Shown here piece after piece: positions 1 to 10,634 of a stretch of DNA of 64,000 nt. Position numbers and translations under genes: made by a program. A model generated the notes under the pieces. That model did no database searches and had not been told where the DNA came from. It worked only from the letters and a program-made list of their open reading frames with translations. Position 1 is the stretch's first letter. Every line of letters starts with the position of its first letter. The DNA is from Picochlorum sp. SENEW3 (taxonomy: Eukaryota): assembly GCA_034226945.1 (NCBI GenBank), contig CP120460.1:620001-684000 (forward strand). The letters are read 5' to 3'.

Positions 1-217
1 CTTTGTACCCCTCAGACTCGCCTTTTATTTTATATATTAATAATTAATGTCTACTGTATCCAATATAATGGACATTGTCCGAGTTATGGTATTCAACGAA
101 CATTGAGATCCCAGCGAGTAAACGATCCGTCCGGTACCCAGTTGATATTTCATGCAAAGTTTCCATCTTTCAGAACTTTATGCAAATAAAAAATAATAAT
201 TAGGCATTAAGAGTACA

Positions 218-1121
218 ATGGATGGTAGAAGAAGAGAGTATAGAGCGGTGGGTGCTGAGTATCAGCCAGGGGCTGGCAGCTCCACCTGGCGGATAGGAAA
301 CATTGCAGTATATCTTTTCATGGCCATTACACTTATCTGGTACGCGTTAATATCAATAGTACACGCCCTCCTTCTATGGCAGTATTCACTCAAGACGCAC
401 GCATGGTGCTTGCAGGTTGTCAGTGCTCACAGTAGACAGGGCATCCTCTGTGCCACCTCTGGAGCATAATATCAACAATGCAGCGATCCACATTCCTGAA
501 GAATCAAAAACCATCAAGAAAGAAGAAGAACGAGTACAAATTCCCGTCAAACAGCCGGAGGCCACCACTATGAAGAAGACGTTTATTCGATTCCAAGAGC
601 CAGGAATGACATTTTTGGATGCCATCAAAACATGTGAGACATTCAATTGTCTTCGAGAGGCACATTTGCTACCAAAGGGAAATGCCACATATAACTTTCC
701 GCATTTCATCATCGCTGGATATTCAAAATCAGCAACGACCAGTCTGTACAGGTACCTCAACACCCATCCAGCATTCATGAACCCAAAGAAGAAGGAGCCA
801 GCCTTGTTTACAAATCGCTGCGATTTTACAGGGAAAAAGATGTTCTGTCCTCCATACAGGGTCAAAGAATACATAGAAACCATTTTGAAAAGGGACAAAT
901 TTGTCAAAAGTGGAGGAAATGTCATCATGTTTGAAGCCACCCCACGCATCTTTGATCTAGGCCCTGATCTTGCAGAAATCCTATACGACCTCATGCCTTG
1001 GTTAAAATTAGTGGCCAGTCTCCGGGAACCCATCAGCAGATCCATCTCAAAGTATGTGATGTTTAAGGAGAAATTCAACAAGGGCTGTTTCGTAGATAAA
1101 CCACTAGATTGGTGCCTCAAA
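218..1121 (+). pseudogene. Golgi-type sulfotransferase paralog A, truncated at the 3' end (exon 218-339, intron 340-415, exon from 416)
   Basis: N-terminal TM anchor, 5'-PSB loop IIAGYSKSATTSL, KEPALF, FEATP and 3'-PB SLREPISRSIS. Same phase-2 intron (inside a Trp codon) as paralog B. Similarity to B stops abruptly after KPLDWCL (~1121) and the ORF runs into unrelated sequence to 1349. Confidence 0.8.
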
Positions 1122-1374
1122 CTATTAATATCTTCGATGGCAATCTCTTCACAACTGATGACCCATCATGCCAAGGTGATCCAATTATTCTGTTCATTAG
1201 TTTCATTATATAAATTACATTTCAACATTACATATTCGGTATATACAACCAGAGAAAACGATACCTGGGGTCCTCAGCGCAACGGAGATCTGACTATCAA
1301 GGTCACGTATCCGGGTGGCTTCTCTGGAGACTATACCACCAAGATATAGTCTTTATTGTATATATACATAGTAC

Positions 1375-2716
1375 ATGGGGTCACCGACCAAATACGGGTC
1401 CCCATTGGGTGCTCAGTCTCCCAGTGGGGCGGGAACGGCTCGCTCAAGTATGGGCCAGTTCTTTTTCATGGCAATCATTGTGATATGGTGTGTATTTTTA
1501 ATTCATCATCAAACGATATAGAGCACAATGATAGGATGTGTATGCGTGCAGGTTGTCGGTGCTGACTCTGGAGAGGACAGAGGCGGTTGGGCGATACATG
1601 TCTACATCGTTTACTGAAGACACAGAGAGCAAGAGTCGCCTGGAGGATGCTCCAGCAAAGAATGCAAAGCCAACATTTGATACCTCTATACGAACAGTAC
1701 AGGAAGATGAGACAAAGTATATCACGCGAGGGAAGAATATGACATGGAGGTTTCCACGGGATTTGCCCTTTTTGGAAGCTTTACCAACATGTGAGACGTT
1801 GAAATGCGTTCGCGATGCTCACCTTCAGCCTCGCGGCGATGCGCGGTTCAACTTTCCTCACTTTATTATTGCTGGGTATTCAAAATCGGCGAGTACGAGT
1901 CTGTACAAATATCTGATCCACCACCCAGAGATAGTTGTGCCAAAGGTGAAGGAAGCCGGTCTATTTACTGACAGATGTTCCTTCGAGGGAAAGCGAATGG
2001 ACTGTCCAGATGAGCGCGTTCGTGAGTATATTCAGGATTTCCTTAGATCAAATGCCTTCAGTCAAAAGTCTCACGGCCAGCGCGCCGTGTTTGAAGCAAC
2101 ACCACGAATCATGGATCTTGGGCCAGTGTTTGCAGAAACCATGTATGATCTCATGCCTTGGGTCAGGCTTATTTCGAGCATGAGAGAGCCAATTAGTCGC
2201 TCTATATCCAAATATGTCATGTTGTGGGATAAACAGATTGACAGTTGCATGACCAATAATACCTTGACCTATTGTTTGACTCGAGACAAGACCCCCATTA
2301 TGGGCAACCCTAAGAAATCATACTACTCTCATCCGCTCAAAGCATGGCTGGATAATTTCCCCAAGGAGCAACTTCATCTAGTTCAGTATGAAGATTTAGT
2401 GGGAGAGAGGCAGTCTGAGGAATTGATTCGACTCAAGGAGTTTATTGGTGTGTCTGTAGATGGACTCCCCAATGAACTTGATTTTGGTGATGCTAATTGT
2501 AGGCATTGTCGTATTCAGCCAGAGGGATGGCCTATGAAGGAAACGGTGTATAGAAGGCTGATAGAAAAGGTGAAACCTGATGTGTTGGAACTCGTGAGAC
2601 TGATTGATCGGTATGGTATGGGCAATGGCACCAGGTGGTATCAAAATTGGGAACGGGTGTGGAATGAGAATTTGAAATCCTGCAAAGACGGCATCTGCAG
2701 TATTCAATTATCGTAG
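1375..2716 (+). CDS. Type II membrane sulfotransferase paralog B (Sulfotransfer_1 / heparan-sulfate sulfotransferase-like); exons 1375-1487 and 1552-2716
   Basis: ATG at 1375 gives MGSPTKYG...FFFMAIIVIW, spliced GT-AG to LSVLTLER. Motifs IIAGYSKSASTSL, FEATPRI, SMREPISRSIS, YEDL. Confidence 0.88.
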
Positions 2717-3162
2717 CTATTAAAAAGGGACAGGTTTAAGCTTAGGGATGCCCATGATGCGAATTGATTGGTTAAAGGGTACTAATGCTTGTTCTGATGG
2801 ATATTCAAAGATGGTGAAAATGAAATAACCCTGACCTAGGAGATCTGCTGTGGATGAATTTGTCTATCATTCTTAGTACTACTGTTGTTTCTGAGTTTTC
2901 TGAAAATCATAAGATGCCATTGACAGGAGCGCTGTGTAAGAAATAAAAGGAATATCTCCCATCCTCTTTTACCTTACTTGGGCAAACACATTTGCCAAGT
3001 TCTATTATTATTCATCCCAGTTGCTCTGCGCAGGGCATGCCCTTGACCACAAGAAGGAAAAAAGACGAGACAAAGAGTGGCTTAGGCGACCTCATCCCCA
3101 CATAACTGAGTCTATAAGACGGATTGCATATACATGTGAGGATATGAATGGACATGATGCCG

Positions 3163-6100
3163 TCATGACTGTTGGGGCATTTTTTCTTTTGACTTCAAAG
3201 GAGCAGCCCATTTCCATCCAGGCAAAGTCTCCAGCAGACGAACCTTTTCATCAATGAGCTTGTTTTTCCTTTTATCTTTCCGTTGGTCGCTTATCCATTG
3301 CCCGAATCCCTTGGAATCTGTAGAAGGGTACACACCATCAGCATCGTCAAGTTCCTTCTTGTACTTGTCAAAATTTTCACGCCATCGAAGAGATATTTCA
3401 TTCAAATGACCTTCCCATTTCCATCCAGGTAAAGTCTCCAGCAAATCGATCCGTTCAGCAGAGAGACTTTTTTTCTTTTTAGCTTTCCGCTGTATGTCTA
3501 TCCATCGTCCGAATCCTTGGGACAATGGATTTGATGAATGAAGTGGAGGATATACACCATCAGCATCTTCAAGTTCCTTCTTGTACTTGTGGAACTTTTC
3601 ACGCCACACGTCATCAGACAAATGATCTTCCCATTTCCATCCAGGCAAAGTCTCCAACAAGTCGATCCGTTCAGCAGAGAGATTCTTTTGCTTTTTAGCA
3701 GTCCGTTGCGCGCTTATCCATTGTCCGAATCCCTTGGAATCTGTAGAAGGATACACACCATCAGCATCTTCAAGTTCCTTCTTGTACTTGTCGAAATTTT
3801 CACGCCACACGTCATCAGGCAAAGGAGCAGCCCATTTCCATCCGGGTAGAGTCTCCAGCAGACGAACCTTTAGAGCAGAGAGATTGTTTGTCCTTTTATA
3901 TGTCCGCTGATTGGCTATCCACGTTCCAAATCCCTTGGATTTTGTAGAAGGGTATACACCCTTTGCATCTTCGAGTTCCTTCTTGTACTTGTGGAATTTC
4001 TCAAGCCATCCAGGAGACGCCTCATTCAAAGGACCTTCCCATTTCCAGCCAGATAAAGTCTCCAGCAAATCAATCCGTTCAGCAGAGAGTTCGTTTTTAT
4101 TTTTAGCAACCCGTTGTGCGTTTATCCATTTTCCGAATCCTAGAGAATGTAGATTAGGGTACACACCATCAGCATCTTCAAGTTCCTTCTTGTATCTGTC
4201 GAAATTTTGACGCCACACGTCGCCAGCCACAGGACCTTCCCATCTCCATCCGGGTAGAGTCTCCAGCAGTCGAACCTTTTCATCAATGAGCTTGTTTTTC
4301 CTTTTATCTTTCCGTTGGTCGCTTATCCATTGCCCGAATCCCTTGGAATCTGTAGAAGGGTACACACCATCAGCATCTTCAAGTTCCTTCTTGTACTTGT
4401 CGAAATTTTCACGCCACCGAAGAGATATTTCATTCAAAGGACCTTCCCACTTCCATCCAGGCAAAGTCTCCAGCAAGTAAATCCGTTCAGCAGAGAGACT
4501 ATTTTGCTTTTTAGCAGTCCGCTGTGTGCCTATCCATCGTCCAAATCCTTGGGACAATGGATTTGATGGACTAAGTACAGGGTATACACCATCAGCATCT
4601 TCAAGTTCCTTCTTGTACTTGTCGAAATTTTCACGCCACACGTCATCAGGCAAAGGAGCAGCCCATTGCCATCCAGGCAAAGTCTCCAGCAAATCAATCC
4701 GTTCATCAGAGAGATCGTTTTGCTTTTTAGCAGTCCGTTGCGCGCTTATCCATTGTCCGAATCGTGGAGATTGTAGATTAGGGTATACACCATCGGCATC
4801 TTCAAGTTCCTTCTTGTACTTGTCGAAATTTTTAAGCCACTTGGTAGGGTCTACAGATGTGATGCCCTTCACTGCAGCCCTGCATTCGTACCATCTCTCC
4901 TGAGCGCCATCGATGCCCGATCCTGTTATTAGGTGCTTTAGCATAGCAATTGATGTGATATCTGGGTGAATATATTCCTGTACCTTACGTAACAGGTTTT
5001 CTGGCCCAACACATTCTATCGTTTCTCGGACGCCTTTAGCATTATGTCTTTCGAAGTCAAAAATCCTCTCTATAACAACATCCCCGTAATAGATTGGTTT
5101 GAAATCGGTTCTTGGCCAGCGTCGCACCTCGCATCTAATGAGATTATGTAACACCTCTGCCAGTTCTTGCAAAGCAATTTGACCAGATGAGCCATGATAA
5201 ATGTCCACCAAGGCATTTATCAGACCACGCCAACCTTCAAAGAAAAGATAAAACATACAATGAGTATATATGTGCTACAGTGCGAACGAATTCTCACACG
5301 CGTCATACACCGACACCTACCAGTCACATCTTTGACGTGCTCTCCTTTCATTGAAATCCGCATTCTGTTTGAGGACCTATAGGAGGTCATTGGAACGAAG
5401 GCATATGTGATATCTCTGATATTTCCGTTACTGAGAAACATGCACAGGCTTTGCCGCAGGGAGGGCTGGTCAACCAAAGCGCCTAAAATGTGCAAGTCTT
5501 CGATCAGGGAGCCTGCAGACCAAAATGTCTCCACAGTGTGGGCTAACTTGTCAAACCCAAGACAAATGCCACCCTCGCCAGAACAATAATGGACCTTATA
5601 CACCAAACGAGACCTGAAGTTGTTTGTGTGCTGCACTTTATCGGATAAGCGGATATGATTTGAGTACATATCAGTAACTTTTCCGACTCCTGGAGAAAAC
5701 ATCGAGACCAGTGTGTCGATAGAAAGCACTTTGATCCTGCACGCCGTGGCATCTTTTTTAAATTCATCCTTACTAAAGTGGTCCTTTACCAATCTCGCCG
5801 CCTCTTGTCGGGTTCGGCCTTTGATTGACTCAAAAGTGTCACTGTCAGGCTTGTTCAGAACACTGACCATTGTTTCCACACCGTTTCCTCTTATTGCATT
5901 TTCCCGCATAGTCACCTCCTCTACAAAATTGGGATCGAATGGACACTGCACATGATCGTGGACAATAATGTTGTACTCATTTGCCTCCTCATCATACTGG
6001 ACATATGGTGCTTCGCTCTGTCCTGACATGGTGTCCCCTACAAGTTTGTGCAGCTTGGTGCCCTGGTGTGATGGGTATCGAAAAGTCCTACCATTTCCAC

Positions 6101-8189
6101 TAAAACATAAATCTTTCACATTGGATATGTCCCAGTAACCATACTCTCCATTTGAACACATTTTTCTCAGACATTTCAAGTTAGGATTATAAGAGAGGCC
6201 TTCTATGGGTACAAGTGGTGTTGTGAGTATCTTCCCGTTTTGACATGCCTTTGAAAGGTCGTCTATAGAATATTTAACCGATCGTTCCTTGCAAGTGATC
6301 CAGTCATCATGATTGTTTCCAATATCTTGTTCGATTGAGTCTCTTGAGGTCTTATTGGAGAGTTCACAAGACGGTACAAACCTGCTAGATAGAGATGAGA
6401 ATCTCGTTTGGTTCCTGGCTTGCTCAGATGAATTCGCGAATCTCAATGAAAAGATATCATTGCATCTCATGTCTCTAGTAATGTGATCGACTGAGATTCT
6501 GTCATCAGCCCACAATCGACGCAATTCAGTACTTGTCATCTCATGCTTAACCATCATCACGACCTTGTGGATATCGATACGGATAGAATAGCATTCTTCA
6601 TCTTCCGTACTGAGCAATCGTCCACATGCTACCTGAGAATCAGAGGACGGAATCCTGTTCACAAAACGAGCCCTCCTCGAACCAATCAACATTCTGCCAG
6701 AAGCCATTGTAAACAATTGTGGATTTGAGCCATCCAATTGCGTCGCTACAGACTCCCGCGTAACACCACAGAAAAAGTCCTCAACGACTTCTAAAGATGT
6801 TCCGTGATCATTCCTGATCCAGCAGCACACATGCGAAGACCACAAGGACAATCTCAATTCATCAGTTGTCCAATGAATCTGCGAAGATGACAGAAGGGGA
6901 GCAAGCACTGTTTCCAAGCGACACACCATACATATGCGTGAATCTTCGTCGTTGTATTCTACAAACGTTGAAGTCTCTAGGTTATCTGCGAGTTTTTTTT
7001 CCAAATGATCAGCCATTGATCTATTGAATGCCTGTTCTGCTCTATCCATTCGAAGCAATCTCCAGTTGCCTTTCATAAATTGCTCAAAATATCTTCTCAG
7101 CTCTATTGGACCAGCATCAATTGCTTTTTTCAAATCATTCTTTCTCTCCCCTGTGATCATGCATTCGAATTCTTTGAGGAGCAACACCAGTAACATCTCA
7201 GCAGTTGAAAACTCATTAGGGACTGCGGTCTCTCTAAATTGCGTCTCCTGTGGCGATTCGCGACAATACTCGAAAATTTGATGGCCATCTGCATACTTGG
7301 TCTGCATATCTGCATTTTCGTCGAGTATTTGGTACACATCACTCGAAGAAATTGCTGGACGATCACGCAGAACTCCCCTGACATTGTCCAAACATTCCTC
7401 TATTGGAGCCTCAACTTTCATCATAACATAATCCCGATACCTTGAGATCTCTTCCACCCTGGCCTCATAATACGCCTTGCTAAATACACAGAGTCGGTTC
7501 TCGGGCGATTCTGATTCGCTGTCATCATGGGCAGCAACAGATGGGGACACAGGGAATCGATCCAAATTCTTTATTGGCTGCTTTTTGTTGGAATTCTTTC
7601 GTATCTGATCACTGTATTGTTGCCACCTGCTTTGATAAGCGTGAAGTATCAAACCATGTACTAGATCGACGAAGCAACGCATATATCATACCTGTCTCTT
7701 TTGCTTCCAATCAGGCTATCTGTCTTGCAGATGACTCTCCCATCTGCACAAACACGGATTACATAGAAACATCACTTTTTCGTATTTTTTTCTACAACAC
7801 TTGCAGATTAATAAGAGACACGCACCTTCCTCGTCAGGGATATACGGGCAAACTGTTGCATATGAACCTTCTTGTTGACTACATCCTGAAGCATTAACTA
7901 GAGGGCTATTGACATCATCTGTCCTGGAATTTGGACTCAATTCTTGGACCACTGGCACATTGGAATTGATATTTTTGTCCAAGAGTACATCATCTGTCGG
8001 CACAGAAGACCTCAAACGCTTTCTCGGAGAATCCTCCTTCTCCTCTTGTATTGTTGGCACATGTGAAGTGGAACTTGGATCACGATTCTCATCGTTGCGA
8101 TGCTCTGAACGAGAAGTCCCCGCATCAGCCCTAGGAAAAAAGGCCTTGATTTTCATGCATCCTCTGGATGCCCTTTTTGTCCAACGCAT
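3163..8189 (-). CDS. ~1,597-aa protein: disordered N-terminus, two HNH-endonuclease-like motifs, a NUMOD1-like motif and 8 tandem helicase-associated (HA) repeats. Exons 8189-7826, 7743-7692, 7626-5321, 5234-3163
   Basis: Three GT-AG introns (7825-7744, 7691-7627, 5320-5235) all preserve frame; the exons sum to 4794 nt. HNH1 is IHKVV...SVDHITRDMRCNDIFSLRFANSSEQARNQ. HNH2 is LHKLV...HDH...NFVEEVTMRENAIRG. HA consensus W..NF..YK......G.YP....FG.WI..QR......LS.ERI.LLE.LPGW.W. Confidence 0.8.
3208..4839 (-). repeat. Coding tandem repeat array of 8 HA units (201-222 nt / 67-74 aa per unit including linker)
   Basis: DNA cores such as caccatcagcatcttcaagttccttcttgtacttgt and ccatccaggcaaagtctccagca recur with few changes; units 3 and 8 are near-identical. 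Confidence 0.95.
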
Positions 8190-9130
8190 TCAGGCAATCT
8201 GCAAGATACATACATACATGAAACTACCATCATTACATCTGGAGAGGATATCATATCTCAAAGCATCCTATCGCACCTTACGCGTTAGATGTCTTATGGA
8301 AATCCCTATGAAAAACCCAATCCGCTCTTGAGAGGCGCCACTCAACCACTCACTTGCAAAAGAGACAAGCGTCTGTTGCAACAGGATGCTCTTCCTTTTT
8401 TTCCCTTTCTCAATCGCTGCGCACATGTTTATGTGTTTGATATAAGAATTTTTCTAAAACAAAGCATGATTCAGCCACTGGAGGGAATATATACGGTATT
8501 CAACCAGACTCACCTGCAATTCAAGCAAACTCAACCTTGAGCTGCTTGCTGATTGACTGCTCTTCTTTCCACCAAGTTTGGAGGTTTTATTATCTGAAAA
8601 CGATTCTTTTCATTGTATATCAGTACAACTGAGAGGGTGGATCTTGATCAACTCGAAATCGGAATCAGACAGACATGTAATTGAACACAATAAAAATCAT
8701 GACCCATGGCCTGTCTGCCGGTGTGCCTGTCTGCCTCTCTGCCCATGTCAGACCACTCTCTCATCGTCGCCCTGCTCTGACGTGGTAACGATGAAGGTTC
8801 TTATCAACAAAAGAAATTATTGATCAAACATTTCCCGGCACGAAACCATCTTCAGCGAGGTTTGTCCTTAGCCTCTCGCTGGGTGTGGAGGGTACCCAAA
8901 GCAACCATTAACACTGATACACGGGCAAACTGTCGAACCTGATGGATGCATATGCAGAAATATTAATAAAAATATCCATCATACATCGACAGGAGGCTAT
9001 AATCTCTCAACAAGACGCTTCTCAGCACCCCAAGAATCACCCGACACCGCATCTTTCGCGGCAGATCCTTGTGAATAGAATATCACAGACAGCACTGACA
9101 TGATACGTTCTACGAAATAAAAGTGCATCA

Positions 9131-9217
9131 TGGGGTCCTTTTCTCTCCTTGCCTCGTGAGTCAGAGGTCTGTACGAGACAGAGAGGAAGGGAGAGACGAG
9201 GAGAGAAAAGGACCCCA
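9131..9217. repeat. Perfect 19-bp inverted repeat with a 49-nt spacer (hairpin or miniature element)
   Basis: tggggtccttttctctcct (9131-9149) is the exact reverse complement of aggagagaaaaggacccca (9199-9217). Confidence 0.9.
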
Positions 9218-9611
9218 GAAAGAATTACACTCGAGCGAAGCAGTTACAGAAAAAAATAATAAATCAGTCCAGAATTGAAATAAGTTCAAGAGTGCATGAA
9301 ATATAAAATCCAGCGTTGATTCTTCATACCTAGAGAAGACATATCATCTGTCACCACAACATGTGGCCCACAAGATCCTGCTGCTATGGTGCATCGTCAC
9401 TACACGATACACAGATGGATTCCAGTAAATGTAGACAGCTGTACCTTCGGGTAAATCTCTCAAAGCATTCGCATAACCTCGCAAACACACTTCCCTGACA
9501 CGCATCATCACCTGCCGTTCTCATGATCACACACATGTACTCTTTCCAATCACTCACTGTGCTTCTTCTTATCACATCTTCTCAGAAATCATGCATATGC
9601 GATCATCAAGA

Positions 9612-10634
9612 TTATAGGGAACGATTTGCATCGTTGTCGAGGAAAGAGAGGTCTATCCCATGAAATGGATCAGAAGTCTGCATGAGAAGGTCATCACCCT
9701 CGTTGTTGGAGAACCAGTCGCTTGCAGAAGTCACATTCTGCAACAAGATCTCATCCAGAAGGCCATCAAATTTTAATGGTGAACCTTGGAGTAGATCCCC
9801 TTCGCAAGACTGTGGCAAAGGCTCATTGAAGCCTTGTGCTAATGTGTCACCATCTGCCCCACTTCTTGGCTGCACAGCGCGCGCAGCAACACGCCCTGCG
9901 TTATCATTATCTGGTGATCTTTGGCGCTTACCATTGCCATTCGATGGCGATGGGTACTCTCGAGGATTGATAGCCCTTTCCTGGCGCTCAGATGAAGTAG
10001 ATGTCAGAATAGATGCATTCATCAGCGAGATCTGCGATTCCCTAAGTTGCTTGGCATCCTTCCCCTTAATTTTCCTGGAGAGGCTTCTGTTCGTCGAGCT
10101 TAACAGCGCCTTCCAGTTCTGATTCCGTGCGAGATCACTATGGCTACCATTGCACCGGATATATGTACAAAGAAGGACACGGATGCATACTGCTGCAGTT
10201 CGTGTCAAATCTCCGAATCTATTCAGCTGCATTGACGCCTCAAAAACCATGGAGAGCTCCGTTTTGGCTTCTGTATCTATGGAGGAGGATTTCTCCAATG
10301 AAGGTTTGAAATCATTAGTCGACACTATAAAAAACCTATGTGCTGTGCTGCTTCCTTTACTGTCTTCTGGATAGACGATAAGACTTGTATCACCCATGAG
10401 ACATTTCACTATTCTTTTGAATTGTTTATATACACTTTCTGCTGAAAATTCTTCGGGAAAAGTGATTTCACAGTGGACAAATGGCAGTTGTCCACCTTCC
10501 AGAAGACTGAACCTGTTGCAGGTGTGATGAAGTCCACATCGAACCTCGATCGTTCTATTCGTCTCATGTTCATAATAAATCTCATGGAGTTTGGTTCTGA
10601 GACCTTCCTGGAATTCGTCGCTAAAGTAGGCCAT
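9612..10634 (-). CDS. Orphan protein (~340 aa) with a KRQR basic patch and an acidic/hydrophobic C-terminal tail
   Basis: Long uninterrupted ORF with an ATG at 10634 (MAYFSDEF); no family recognised. Confidence 0.55.
   Translation of the reverse strand: MAYFSDEFQEGLRTKLHEIYYEHETNRTIEVRCGLHHTCNRFSLLEGGQLPFVHCEITFPEEFSAESVYKQFKRIVKCLMGDTSLIVYPEDSKGSSTAHRFFIVSTNDFKPSLEKSSSIDTEAKTELSMVFEASMQLNRFGDLTRTAAVCIRVLLCTYIRCNGSHSDLARNQNWKALLSSTNRSLSRKIKGKDAKQLRESQISLMNASILTSTSSERQERAINPREYPSPSNGNGKRQRSPDNDNAGRVAARAVQPRSGADGDTLAQGFNEPLPQSCEGDLLQGSPLKFDGLLDEILLQNVTSASDWFSNNEGDDLLMQTSDPFHGIDLSFLDNDANRSL

Noticed and set aside
1122..1349. Genuine C-terminus of sulfotransferase A, as in the 310-aa ORF call
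   Set aside because: No similarity to paralog B and partly AT-rich; it is read-through into unrelated DNA.
2720..2862. Short minus-strand frame (TNSSTADLLGQGYFIF...KPVPF*) as another captured gene end
   Set aside because: Too short and unrecognised to support.
3208..4839. CRISPR array or non-coding satellite
   Set aside because: The period is ~200 nt, in frame and protein-coding, with no unique spacers and no cas genes.
3163..8189. Helicase or Helitron Rep/Hel transposase
   Set aside because: No Walker A/B, DExH, HUH-Rep or PIF1 motifs recognised, and no convincing hairpin plus CTRR end (the 12039-12056 hairpin is followed by GTAG).
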